Below are positions 1 to 8,913 of a stretch of DNA of 62,700 nt, one piece after another. This DNA is from an uncultured Bacteroidales bacterium. GTDB lineage: Bacteria > Bacteroidota > Bacteroidia > Bacteroidales > WCHB1-69. Positions within the stretch are counted from its first letter, which is position 1. Each line of letters opens with the position of its first letter. The notes below the pieces were generated by a model, which saw only the letters and a list, made by a program, of their open reading frames with translations, was not told where the DNA came from and made no database searches. The stretch spans positions 1 through 62,700 of the forward strand of contig CAJODA010000004.1 in the NCBI GenBank assembly GCA_905233745.1, given 5' to 3'. The translations under genes were made by a program, and so were the position numbers.

Positions 1-7
1 CCGGAAG

Positions 8-337
8 TTGTTTGAAGTGTGCCAAATGTCAAAACTCACAACTATGGAAAAAAATGATTATGAGAAGAGCATCTTTGAATACGAGGATGTGCAGGACGCC
101 TTGGAATGCATGCGCCGACACTCACTTCAGGAGGGCTATGAGCAAGGGATACAGCAAGGATTACAACAAGGGATGCAGCAAGGAATACAGCAAGGAATGC
201 AACAAGGTAAAGAAGAAGCGCTCTTCCAAACGGCGCGGAACTTCTTGGATTTGGGTGTTTCTCTCGCCGATGTGGCCAAGGCCACAGGTCTGAGCGAGGA
301 GGAGATACTTGCGCACGAAGGTAATGCTGGCTTTTAG
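8..337 (+). CDS. C-terminal part of an Rpn-family recombination-promoting nuclease / PD-(D/E)XK putative transposase (5' end outside the window)
   Basis: EQGIQQGLQQGMQQGIQQGMQQGKEE repeat followed by the TARNFLDLGVSLADVAKATGLSEEEI helix-turn-helix tail typical of this family. Confidence 0.8.
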   Translation: MFEVCQMSKLTTMEKNDYEKSIFEYEDVQDALECMRRHSLQEGYEQGIQQGLQQGMQQGIQQGMQQGKEEALFQTARNFLDLGVSLADVAKATGLSEEEILAHEGNAGF

Positions 338-340
338 CCA

Positions 341-467
341 TTGGTCATTGGGCTTTGGTTGTTGGGCTTTGGTTGTTGGTCGTTGGTCGTTGGGCTTTGG
401 TCATTGGTCTTTAATATATCCCCCAATTCCCAATTCCCAACTCCCAACTCCCAATTCCTAACTCCCC
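341..467. repeat. Intergenic heptamer tandem repeats, (TTGGNNN)x10 followed by oppositely oriented (TCCCAAY)n
   Basis: ttggtca ttgggct ttggttg ttgggct ttggttg ttggtcg ttggtcg ttgggct ttggtca ttggtct at 341-410; ccccaat/tcccaac/tcccaat units at about 421-467. Confidence 0.85.
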
Positions 468-526
468 TCAAGCACCCCTTTCACCGACTTCACCCATGAC
501 CAATCCCCGACAGCTCATTTTTTTTG

Positions 527-534
527 TATATTTG
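527..534 (+). promoter_or_regulatory. Bacteroidetes primary-sigma -7 box
   Basis: TATATTTG matches TAnnTTTG, 23 nt upstream of ATG 558. Confidence 0.7.
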
Positions 535-557
535 CGGCCTTGTAAAAGTAGCGAATT

Positions 558-2612
558 ATGGCATTTTCCAATCCTCTTCTACTCTTCGGTCTTTTCGCCA
601 TTCTTGTGCCGATTCTCATACATCTGTTCAACTTCAGACGATATAAGACTATCTATTTCTCCAACGTGAAAATGCTGGAGGACATCAAGAAGAAGACCAG
701 GAGGGAACAGACTATCCAGCAGCTGGTGGTGCTGGCACTGCGCATCTTTGGCATCGCTGCTTTGGTTCTAGCCTTCGCCCAACCTTATATCCCCGCCAAA
801 GGGCAGAAAAACAAACACGGCAACCTCATCACAGTCTTCCTTGACAACTCCTATTCCATGGGAGCCCATAGTGAGAACAGCGCCCTGTTGTACGATGCTA
901 CGGATGCCGCCAAGGCCATCGTCAACGCTTTCGATTTCTCCGATGACTTTGTGCTCACCACCCATGATTTCTCCGGTGAAGAGTCGCACATTCTGAACCG
1001 CGACCAGATGCTGGAGATGCTCGACAAGGTCCAAATCTCCCCCAACAGCCATTCACTGAGAGAGATACTTGCCTTCGAACAGAACACATGCGCCAACTCC
1101 CAAAAGAGCAACATTGTCCATTACTATATCTCCGACTTTCAAAAGAACAACTTCAGCATCTCCCAGCTGAAATCCGACAGCAACACCACCACATTCCTAG
1201 TGCCCATGCCTGTTGAAGAGCGTTCCAATGTGGGCATCGACAGCTGCTGGTTCCTCTCCCCCATCTTCAAAGTCGGCAACCAGGTAACCCTGATGGCCCG
1301 GGTGCACAATTATGGCAGCAAAGACCTCAACATGCTGCCCGTGAAACTGTATGTGAACGACAAGCAGAAAGCCATCGCCGCCATCGACCTCAAGGCTGGC
1401 GACTATATGGATTGCCGCATGACCTATAATGTGGACGAGACCGGCACCCAATGCGCCCGCCTGGTCATCGAGGACGCACCCATCACGTTCGACGACCAGT
1501 TGTTCTTCACCTACAACGTCACTGACAACACCAACATCATCGCCATACAGGAAAAGGACAACAACCGGTTCCTGCAATCCCTCTACGGCAAGGATTCTGT
1601 TTTCAACTATCAGACCATGCCTTACACGCAGGTCAACTACTCCTTGCTGAAAGGCTGCGATGTGGTCATTCTCAGTGAGGTGCCCAAATTGTCCTCCGGA
1701 CTTGCCGACGAGCTCACCAAGTTTGTGAAAAGCGGCGGCACGCTGCTGGTCTTTCCAGCCAAGGAGATGGACAAGAGCTGGAAACAGTTTCTGGGCAATC
1801 TGGGCGCGGGAACATACGGCGCTCTCCTCAAGAAAGAGCTGAAATGCAGCGGTATCAACACTGAGAGCATCTATTTCAAAGGTGCCTTGGATAACCCAAC
1901 CGAGCATCTTGACATGCCGGTAACCCTCCAGCACCACGCCATCAGCGGCGGCCAGAACGGCAGTGAAACGGTCATGCTGCTGGAAGACGGTTCCCCCATG
2001 TTGAGCGTCTATCCTGTAGAAAAAGGAAAGGTGATCCTCTCCGCCGTGGCTCTGATCGACGAATACGGTAATGCCCACCGTCATGCCCTGGAATTTGTAG
2101 CCTTGCACAACATCGGCATCATGAGTGCCATTCAAGGCAAGCTTTACAACATTATCGGTATTGACCAGATGCAAACCATCCCTCTGCGCAGCAACTCCGG
2201 CGACGGCAGCATCTCCATAAAATCACGGCGCACCAAGTTCGAGTTCATACCCGAACAGCGCAGCCTCGGCAACGAGACCGCCCTCTACTTCCACGACCAG
2301 GTGCAGGAAGGCGGATTCTACGACATTTTGAAGGACGGCGCTATCATCGGAACCCTAGCCTTTAACCAAAACCGCAGAGAGTCCGACCTCAGCTGCTACT
2401 CGGAAAGCGAACTGAAGAAGATGGCACGCTCCTCCGGAAATAACATTGATGTAATAAGTGCAAACACCAAGAACATCGCCAAAACAGCTACTGACAAGCT
2501 CAACGGGAAGCCCCTATGGCTCCTCTTCCTCATACTATCCCTACTCTGCTTCCTCGCTGAAATCGCCGTACTGAGATTCTGGGGAAAACCGAATGTGAAG
2601 GCGGAGGGTTGA
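558..2612 (+). CDS. BatA N-terminal double-TM / vWA domain membrane protein
   Basis: LxxPILIHL...YFSNV N-terminal motif, vWA DNSYS and YYISDFQ motifs, C-terminal LWLLFLILSLLCFLAE helix. Confidence 0.85.
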   Translation: MAFSNPLLLFGLFAILVPILIHLFNFRRYKTIYFSNVKMLEDIKKKTRREQTIQQLVVLALRIFGIAALVLAFAQPYIPAKGQKNKHGNLITVFLDNSYSMGAHSENSALLYDATDAAKAIVNAFDFSDDFVLTTHDFSGEESHILNRDQMLEMLDKVQISPNSHSLREILAFEQNTCANSQKSNIVHYYISDFQKNNFSISQLKSDSNTTTFLVPMPVEERSNVGIDSCWFLSPIFKVGNQVTLMARVHNYGSKDLNMLPVKLYVNDKQKAIAAIDLKAGDYMDCRMTYNVDETGTQCARLVIEDAPITFDDQLFFTYNVTDNTNIIAIQEKDNNRFLQSLYGKDSVFNYQTMPYTQVNYSLLKGCDVVILSEVPKLSSGLADELTKFVKSGGTLLVFPAKEMDKSWKQFLGNLGAGTYGALLKKELKCSGINTESIYFKGALDNPTEHLDMPVTLQHHAISGGQNGSETVMLLEDGSPMLSVYPVEKGKVILSAVALIDEYGNAHRHALEFVALHNIGIMSAIQGKLYNIIGIDQMQTIPLRSNSGDGSISIKSRRTKFEFIPEQRSLGNETALYFHDQVQEGGFYDILKDGAIIGTLAFNQNRRESDLSCYSESELKKMARSSGNNIDVISANTKNIAKTATDKLNGKPLWLLFLILSLLCFLAEIAVLRFWGKPNVKAEG

Positions 2613-2657
2613 AACCAAACCTTACAAACCTTACGAACTTTATAACCTTATAAACCC
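2612..2657. repeat. Intergenic nonamer tandem repeat (AAACYTTAY)
   Basis: aaaccttac aaaccttac gaactttat aaccttat aaacc. Confidence 0.7.
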
Positions 2658-2665
2658 AATAAAAA

Positions 2666-4126
2666 ATGAACAAAGACCTATTGAAACTGTATCCCCATGA
2701 TTTGTGGGAGAATTTTGCAAATTTGTGTGATGCTCCGCATCCGTCCAAACACGAAGAAGCTGCTATCAAATGGATGAAGCAATGGGCCAAGGAGCACAAT
2801 GTGAAAGTTGAGCAGGACAAGACCGGAAACCTGCTGTTCACCATTCCGGCCACAAAGGGTATGGAGAACCGCACGCCTGTCATTCTGCAAGGCCACACCG
2901 ACATGGTGCCGCAAGCCGATAGCGACAAGAAGCACGACTTCCTGAAAGACCCCATCGAGCCGATAATTGACAACGGCTGGGTACGGGCCAACAAGACCAC
3001 GCTGGGTGCTGACAACGGCATTGGCGTGTGCGCTGCATTGGCATGTGTCACCACTCCTGGCGTGAAACATGGTCCGCTGGAGATTCTGGTTACCATTGAC
3101 GAGGAGACTGGCATGACTGGTGCCTTCGGTCTGAAGAAAGGCTTCGTGAAAGGTAAAATCCTCATCAATTTGGATTCCGAGACTGAGGGTGAACTCTATG
3201 TGGGTTGCGCCGGTGGCATGGACGCCAACTTCGAGCGCAAGTACACGACCATGCCGACTCCTGAGGACATGAAGGGCTTCCAGCTCGTCGTCACGGGTTT
3301 GCACGGCGGCCACTCCGGCATGGACATTAACATGGGCCGTGCCAACGCCAACAAGATAGCCATCCGGTTCCTCACCATCGCAGTGAAGGAGTATGGCGCA
3401 TGCATTGCCAACATCAACGGTGGCAGTTTGCGCAATGCCATCCCACGCGAGGCTGTAGCCATTCTGGCCGTACCCGCCAAGAAAGCCAACGCATTCAAGA
3501 CCTTCGCCAAGAAGTTTGAAGCTACCGTTAAGGCTGAATTCTCCGCTACGGAAGAGAACCTGTCCGTGAGCGTCAAGGCTGTGGATACTCCCAAGAAAGT
3601 AATCCGCACCAAGGCTCAGAACCAGTTCCTCAACATGGTGTTTGCTATTCCCAATGGCGTGCTCCGCATGAGCGACTCCATGGAGAATCTGGTGGAGACC
3701 TCCAACAACGTGGCCGCCATGAAGGCAGAGAACGGCATCATGACCGTCACCTGTCTGCTCCGCAGCTCCGTTGACAGCGCCAAGAACGCTCTCGGTGACC
3801 GTATGACCGCTATCGCTGAGCTCGCCGAATGTGGTATCGAACTCACGGGTGGCTATCCCGGATGGAAACCCAACATGGAGTCTCCAATCCTGAAGACCTG
3901 CCAAACCGTTTATCAGAAAAAGTTCAACAAAGAACCCAAGATCATGGCTATTCACGCCGGTCTCGAATGCGGTCTCTTCGGTGCCTGCTATCCTGACTGG
4001 GATATGGTATCCTTCGGACCCACCATCGAGCACCCGCACTCACCCGTTGAGCGCGTCAACATCGAAACGGTGGGTAAGTTCTTCGACTTCCTCGTCGAAG
4101 TGCTCGCCAATGTGCCGAAGAAATAA
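2666..4126 (+). CDS. pepD: Aminoacyl-histidine dipeptidase (M20C)
   Basis: QGHTDMV, TTLGADNGIG, DEETGM, GGHSG and IHAGLECG motifs. Confidence 0.93.
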   Translation: MNKDLLKLYPHDLWENFANLCDAPHPSKHEEAAIKWMKQWAKEHNVKVEQDKTGNLLFTIPATKGMENRTPVILQGHTDMVPQADSDKKHDFLKDPIEPIIDNGWVRANKTTLGADNGIGVCAALACVTTPGVKHGPLEILVTIDEETGMTGAFGLKKGFVKGKILINLDSETEGELYVGCAGGMDANFERKYTTMPTPEDMKGFQLVVTGLHGGHSGMDINMGRANANKIAIRFLTIAVKEYGACIANINGGSLRNAIPREAVAILAVPAKKANAFKTFAKKFEATVKAEFSATEENLSVSVKAVDTPKKVIRTKAQNQFLNMVFAIPNGVLRMSDSMENLVETSNNVAAMKAENGIMTVTCLLRSSVDSAKNALGDRMTAIAELAECGIELTGGYPGWKPNMESPILKTCQTVYQKKFNKEPKIMAIHAGLECGLFGACYPDWDMVSFGPTIEHPHSPVERVNIETVGKFFDFLVEVLANVPKK

Positions 4127-4149
4127 TGTACTTAAACATCATCTGGTCC

Positions 4150-4182
4150 AAAGAAGCGCCCCGTAAAGGCGCTTCTTTTTTT
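4150..4182 (+). terminator. Rho-independent terminator after pepD
   Basis: aaagaagcgcc-ccgtaaa-ggcgcttcttt stem plus T tract. Confidence 0.85.
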
Positions 4183-4241
4183 GTATTTTCCTCTGATTAT
4201 CATAAAAAACACTACTTTTGCAAAATCAAAAATCATGTAAA

Positions 4242-4448
4242 ATGAAACGAAAAAAATACAAGACGACCGAATACACCTCCAAAGTCGTGGAACCAGCTAT
4301 CATCTATGGCCAGACAGCTGTACAAAAGGATGGCTCAACCAACAAAACCACTTCCACTGAAACAATTTGCAAATCGGATCGCATGACCGTGGAAGAGTAC
4401 TTTGGAATTATTCACACCATGATAGACGATTATTATGACAACCTATAA
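4242..4448 (+). CDS. Small putative antitoxin upstream of the ParE/RelE-like gene
   Basis: ATG 4242 follows a TACTTTTG -7 box (4213-4220); VVEPAIIY and acidic RMTVEEYF...DDYYDNL C-terminus; stop overlaps the start of the next gene. Confidence 0.55.
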   Translation: MKRKKYKTTEYTSKVVEPAIIYGQTAVQKDGSTNKTTSTETICKSDRMTVEEYFGIIHTMIDDYYDNL

Positions 4449-4743
4449 AATTGAAGTCAGCACTTCTGCAAAGATGGACATTGCATAGTTAATGGATTTC
4501 TTAAAGAAGGTAATGTCACGAGAGAATGCACACAAATATGTCGATATCATGGCCTGTGAAATCCAAAATCTTTCCTTTCTCGCCAATTTCTATCATCCCA
4601 GCCAATATGCCACCATCCGTCGATTAAACCCTAAAGCATGTCACATGGTGTCGCACAACAAAAAATGGGTTTACATCTTTCACAAAGAGAATCAAACAGT
4701 GGTTGTGGACCGTATCAGGCCTTCGAAATTGATTGCACGATAA
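4435..4743 (+). pseudogene. RelE/ParE-family toxin interrupted by an in-frame TAG at 4486-4488
   Basis: ATG 4435 reads MTTYKIEVSTSAKMDIA*LMDFLKK..., in frame with the 4492 ORF; ParE-like N-terminal strand/helix and C-terminal WVYIFH...VVVDRI. Confidence 0.75.
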
Positions 4744-4746
4744 TCA

Positions 4747-5346
4747 CTAAAAAATCCTGCTATTCCCCTGGCGCAACTGCTCTTCCGTAGGCTCCATCTG
4801 GGTGATGGTGTCCACTTTTATCTCTATGGGAGGACCGAGTTTTGGCCGTTGAGAGTTGGGTGTTGGAGATTGGGGGTTGGCCGTTGGTTGTTGGGAGTTG
4901 GAGGTTGGTTGTTGGCTGTTAGGAGTTGAACTTTGAACTTTGAACCTAGAGCCTTGAACCTTGGACTCTGAATTTTGGACTCGGTCGCTAGCCGTTGGCT
5001 GTTGGGGGTTGGGGGTTGGGGGTTGGGAGTTGGCTGTTGGAAGTTGGGAGTTGGATGTTGGGAGCTGGGAGTTGGGGGTTGGGGTATTGGGTGTTGGGTG
5101 TTGGGGATTGGGGGCTGGCTGTTTGGTGCTGGTCGTCTCCTGTATTTGATTATGGGATTTGGTGTTATGAATGACGATTACGCCTGCGGTTATAGAAACC
5201 ACCAGGGCGGATACTACAGCGATAGTCCAAGCGGGGAGGCCGGTTTTAATGCCGGCGCGCTTGGCGAAACGTTTCCAGGCGGAATGTTTGTAGGGGTATT
5301 CCGCTTTCTCTGCCTTCTCTTTTATCAATTGGTCAAAATCTGCCAT
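4747..5346 (-). CDS. Putative single-pass anti-sigma-like membrane protein with a Pro/Thr/Ser/Gln-rich linker built from heptamer repeats
   Basis: Starts 4 nt after the ECF sigma stop; [17 protein letters not shown]-terminus; TM helix [20 protein letters not shown]. Confidence 0.65.
   Translation of the reverse strand: MADFDQLIKEKAEKAEYPYKHSAWKRFAKRAGIKTGLPAWTIAVVSALVVSITAGVIVIHNTKSHNQIQETTSTKQPAPNPQHPTPNTPTPNSQLPTSNSQLPTANSQPPTPNPQQPTASDRVQNSESKVQGSRFKVQSSTPNSQQPTSNSQQPTANPQSPTPNSQRPKLGPPIEIKVDTITQMEPTEEQLRQGNSRIF
4842..5121. repeat. About 38-40 degenerate heptamer units (TTGGNNG / TTGAACY) inside the CDS
   Basis: ttggccg ttgagag ttgggtg ttggaga ttggggg ... ttgaact ttgaact ttgaacc ... ttgggag ttggatg ttgggag. 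Confidence 0.9.
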
Positions 5347-5349
5347 ACC

Positions 5350-5910
5350 TTATTCGTTATACATTTTCACTATCTCGTTTTTGAGACGGGTGCGGGCGGC
5401 GTTCACGTGCCAGGCGGAGGTACCTTCACTGATGCCCATCTGCTGCGCAATCTCGGCGTGCGAGTAGCCGTCAAACACGAACAGGTTGAACACAGTACGT
5501 GTCATGGGCGGCAATTGCTGTATCAGCGAGATGATGGCCTCCGAAGAGAGCGCACCCACAGCAGCGTTCACGTCATAGCCGATCTGTTCTGACTCGGCCA
5601 CATCCGCCAAGTCGGTCATTTCTGCCTTTGGGGCGTACTTGCGACGATGGTCGAGTGCCGCATTGATCATCACCCGTTTCATCCACGATTCGAAAGAACC
5701 CGTGTTTTCATATTTGTCAAGGTTGGAAAACACTTTCAAGAAACCTTCGCTGAGCATATCCTCAGCCTCGTCCGTACTGTCCGCATAGCGCATACAGAGC
5801 CGGAACATGGGGCTATAGAAATGCTTGAAAAGCTTCTGCTGCGCTCTCGGGCTGCCGTTTCGACAGCCTTCCAGCCAACGAGCCGTTCTTGCATTGTCAT
5901 GCTCTTTCAT
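5350..5910 (-). CDS. ECF RNA polymerase sigma-70 factor
   Basis: Region 2 [13 protein letters not shown] / [11 protein letters not shown]; region 4 [29 protein letters not shown]. Confidence 0.93.
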   Translation of the reverse strand: MKEHDNARTARWLEGCRNGSPRAQQKLFKHFYSPMFRLCMRYADSTDEAEDMLSEGFLKVFSNLDKYENTGSFESWMKRVMINAALDHRRKYAPKAEMTDLADVAESEQIGYDVNAAVGALSSEAIISLIQQLPPMTRTVFNLFVFDGYSHAEIAQQMGISEGTSAWHVNAARTRLKNEIVKMYNE

Positions 5911-5965
5911 TAAGTATAACGAAAATCGTAAGGAAAACTTTGGGTATCAGACGTAAAAAAACGGA

Positions 5966-6568
5966 TTAATTTTTCAAGAACTTGACTCCTAATGAGACAA
6001 CCACCGAATTTTGTTTCCACGTATAGTTATCCGACGTGTTCGGAATCAGCTTGTCGGCAGCAAAATCATAACGCGCATCCAGCGTAACGTGCCCGAAGTC
6101 AAAGCCCAGGCCCACCTGCCCGGCCCATTGCATCTTGCCTTCCTGATCCACCAGAGGATCAATTTCTTTCAAGTTGCTTCCGATCCTGAATCCGAAGCGC
6201 GGCCCGATGAACAAATGCATTTTGAATTTCTCTTTATTGATGAAATGGTAGCCCAACAATGCCGGAACGTCAATGAAATGCTGATGAAGTTGGACATTCT
6301 CCTGAACATTATGTACGAATGAGCTCGCATCTGTCAGTTTGGTGTTTTTGAATGAATAGCACACCTCCGGCTGAAAGTAGAACCGATTGCCAAAGCGCAT
6401 GAAAAAGCCGGCGTCCACTCCTGGGGAAAGCCGGGTCTGCTTGTTGTAATTGGTGGCATTGGCCGCCACCTTGATGCCGATATTGAACTGTGCATTGGCA
6501 CAAACGGACAAGCCCAACAATAAAACGGACAACAGCAACACTCTTCTCAACAGGATTACCTTTTTCAT
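5966..6568 (-). CDS. Outer-membrane beta-barrel (porin/PorT-like) protein
   Basis: Signal peptide, FQPEVCY and IDVPALLGY strands, C-terminal VSLGVKF. Confidence 0.8.
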   Translation of the reverse strand: MKKVILLRRVLLLSVLLLGLSVCANAQFNIGIKVAANATNYNKQTRLSPGVDAGFFMRFGNRFYFQPEVCYSFKNTKLTDASSFVHNVQENVQLHQHFIDVPALLGYHFINKEKFKMHLFIGPRFGFRIGSNLKEIDPLVDQEGKMQWAGQVGLGFDFGHVTLDARYDFAADKLIPNTSDNYTWKQNSVVVSLGVKFLKN

Positions 6569-6632
6569 AACAGACAGAAATTAAACGGCCGCAAAAATAG
6601 AAAAAAAATGTATTATAAGACACCGAATATAG

Positions 6633-6673
6633 CAAGAGAGAGGAATTGCCTGTGGCAATTCCTCTCTCTCTTG
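6633..6673 (-). terminator. Long hairpin directly downstream of tRNA-Arg
   Basis: caagagagaggaattgcc-tgt-ggcaattcctctctctcttg inverted repeat. Confidence 0.7.
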
Positions 6674-6747
6674 TGATTCCGCTGCGACTCGAACGCAGAA
6701 CCTGCTGCTTAGAAGGCAGCTGCTCTATCCAGTTGAGCTACGGAACC
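6674..6747 (-). tRNA. tRNA-Arg(TCT)
   Basis: Reverse complement GGTTCCGTAGCTCAACTGGATAGAGCAGCTGCCT-TCT-AAGCAGCAGGTTCTGCGTTCGAGTCGCAGCGGAATCA folds as a cloverleaf. Confidence 0.95.
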
Positions 6748-6767
6748 ATAGTCTCTATTCGTAGGAC

Positions 6768-6845
6768 TGGTCGGGATAGCCTGATTCGAACAGGCGACCT
6801 CCTGCTCCCAAAGCAGGCGCGATAACCGGACTACGCTATATCCCG
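6768..6845 (-). tRNA. tRNA-Pro(TGG)
   Basis: Reverse complement CGGGATATAGCGTAGTCCGGTTATCGCGCCTGCTT-TGG-GAGCAGGAGGTCGCCTGTTCGAATCAGGCTATCCCGACCA, with encoded CCA. Confidence 0.95.
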
Positions 6846-6947
6846 TCTCTTTTTTGCGGCTGCAAAAGTACACTTTTTTTCTTTACCTTGGAATGCCGTG
6901 TTAAAAAACCTTTCACAACCCCGTTTTTTTGTACTTTTGCCGCCGCT

Positions 6948-8213
6948 ATGACAGATTCACGAGACATCCGGATTGAAGACTTCAACTATGAGCTCCCAGA
7001 GGAGCGTATCGCCTTTTTCCCCGCAGCACAGCGGGACCACTCCAAACTGCTGATTTACCGTGACGGGGAGATTACAGACAGCCGTTTTGACCGGCTGCCG
7101 GATTTTCTACCCTCCGGTTGCCTGTTGGTTTTCAACAATTCCAAGGTCATCCATGCGCGGCTATTGGTGAACAATGCCACGGGTGCTGCGATAGAGATCT
7201 TCTGTCTGGAACCGCTCCGTCCCACCGCCGATCCCGCCACCGCCTTCGCGCAGACCGGCGAGGTGGCCTGGAAGTGCATGGTGGGCAACGCCAAACGCTG
7301 GAAACATCCTTTGCAAATTGAGGTTCCCCTGGGCAATAAAACCGTCACTGTAACCGCTACCAAAGGTGAGAACACGGAGAGCACTTTTGAGGTCACTTTC
7401 CAATGGGACGACCCCACCGTGTCTTTCGCCGAATGGCTGGAACACTATGGCAAGATTCCCCTTCCGCCCTACATCAAACGTGCCGCAGATGAGAACGATG
7501 AATTGCGTTATCAGACAGTCTATGCCAAGCACGACGGCTCCGTAGCGGCCCCCACCGCCGGACTGCACTTCACCCCCGATGTATTCAAGGCTCTGCGGCA
7601 GAAAGGCATTGACACCGACTTTGTCACCCTTCATGTGGGCGCGGGCACATTCAAGCCCGTCAGCAGTGAAACAATCGGGGAACACTACATGCACGAGGAG
7701 AAGATTGTCATCAACGAAGCGCTGATTGAGCATCTGCAGGGAAGTTTGGACAAGCTGTGCATTGTGGTAGGCACCACAGTAGCCCGTACTTTGGAGTCTC
7801 TGTTCATCATGGGGGCGAAGCTGCACATGGGCCGGCCGGATCCGCTCACGGTCAGCCAGTGGGAGATATACGATGACCGCGCGCTGGGGCAAGTTCCCGT
7901 GGAAGCATCACTCGAAGCGCTCCGGAAGCAATTGCATGAGCAGCACACCGACCTTTTGCGCGGGGCCACCAGCCTCATCATCCTTCCGACTTACCAGCCC
8001 CGGATGGCTCAAGGCATCATCACCAATTTCCACCAGCCACAAAGCACACTCCTGCTGCTCATCTCCGCATTCGTGGGCGACAACTGGCGCAAAATCTACC
8101 GCCATGCCCTGGACAACGGCTACCGGTTCCTCAGCTATGGCGACTCGAACCTGTACTTCAGAACTCCACATAGTGCCCCAATTTCTCCATCAGCTCCGGA
8201 TACGCATGCGTAA
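6948..8213 (+). CDS. queA: S-adenosylmethionine:tRNA ribosyltransferase-isomerase
   Basis: PLPPYIKR, YQTVYA, GSVAAPTAGLHF, TLHVGAGTFKPV, TNFHQPQSTLLLL and YGD motifs; ATG 6948 follows a TACTTTTG box at 6932-6939. Confidence 0.95.
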   Translation: MTDSRDIRIEDFNYELPEERIAFFPAAQRDHSKLLIYRDGEITDSRFDRLPDFLPSGCLLVFNNSKVIHARLLVNNATGAAIEIFCLEPLRPTADPATAFAQTGEVAWKCMVGNAKRWKHPLQIEVPLGNKTVTVTATKGENTESTFEVTFQWDDPTVSFAEWLEHYGKIPLPPYIKRAADENDELRYQTVYAKHDGSVAAPTAGLHFTPDVFKALRQKGIDTDFVTLHVGAGTFKPVSSETIGEHYMHEEKIVINEALIEHLQGSLDKLCIVVGTTVARTLESLFIMGAKLHMGRPDPLTVSQWEIYDDRALGQVPVEASLEALRKQLHEQHTDLLRGATSLIILPTYQPRMAQGIITNFHQPQSTLLLLISAFVGDNWRKIYRHALDNGYRFLSYGDSNLYFRTPHSAPISPSAPDTHA

Positions 8214-8844
8214 TACGCTGTAGCTCTTCCAGAGAGGTGATACCACCATGCTTGTTTCTGTAATTTAAGATGGTCTTCGTCAGATAGGCATCAAAATAGG
8301 GATGTTTCACCATATCCGCGTATGTGGCCGTGTTGACATTGACTTTCCTGACATCACCTGCGTGCACTACAAAGTATCTCTCCAGCAAATCCCCGGGAAT
8401 GTCCTGCAGCACATACACCTCCTGCAACTGCGCCAGCGAATAGAACCCGCCCAGGCGGTCACGATACTCAACCAGCTTGGCCGCCCGTTTACTGCCAAAC
8501 ATCGGCACTACCGTAATATCCGAGGTGTCACATCGGTTAAGATCAATCTTCACAATCTCATACATGGGCTGTTTCGCGGATTTCCCCTTTCGAGGAACTG
8601 TATCACCGTAAAACTTATGGAAATCCCTGTCATAGGATGTTCTCCGACCCTGGTCCAAGGAATCGCGGATTGCCTCCTGCCGGAGGTTAAACTCCTCGAA
8701 CACGGCCGCATACGCCGCCACATTCCCGTCAAACCCGGGTTTACCATCATACAGATAATAAAAGAGATAACTGAATAGAATAAAGGCCAGCAACACCAAC
8801 GATGCCACCCATTCACCGCTTGTAAAATCGAATTTTGTTTTCAT
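8158..8844 (-). CDS. Helix-hairpin-helix (ComEA-like) membrane-anchored protein
   Basis: IDLNRCD...FGSKRAAKLVEYRDRLGGF and VNVNTAT HhH repeats; N-terminal TM. Confidence 0.85.
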   Translation of the reverse strand: MKTKFDFTSGEWVASLVLLAFILFSYLFYYLYDGKPGFDGNVAAYAAVFEEFNLRQEAIRDSLDQGRRTSYDRDFHKFYGDTVPRKGKSAKQPMYEIVKIDLNRCDTSDITVVPMFGSKRAAKLVEYRDRLGGFYSLAQLQEVYVLQDIPGDLLERYFVVHAGDVRKVNVNTATYADMVKHPYFDAYLTKTILNYRNKHGGITSLEELQRITHAYPELMEKLGHYVEF

Positions 8845-8913
8845 GCGGCAAAAATAAAAAAAGATTCAACGAAACCGTCAAATCTTTCATGAAAAAATTC
8901 TATACAATATATA

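Noticed and set aside
341-467. Repeat arrays as possible CRISPR
   Set aside because: 7-9 nt units without spacers, and no cas genes
2678-4039. Long antisense ORFs (also 1197-2174, 15476-17290, 35263-36486, 61564-62544)
   Set aside because: Shadows of well-supported genes on the opposite strand; no motifs of their own
4486-4488. Genome-wide TAG recoding (code 15 or pyrrolysine)
   Set aside because: Several genes end at TAG and no other ORF needs read-through; no suppressor tRNA seen
4961-5592. Plus-strand Gly/Trp-rich ORFs
   Set aside because: Artefacts of the heptamer array read in other frames
6674-6845. tRNAs as an integration site
   Set aside because: No duplicated tRNA 3' end or integrase found in the window
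8158-8213. 56-bp convergent overlap of queA and the HhH gene
   Set aside because: Explained by a short non-conserved QueA C-terminal extension; common
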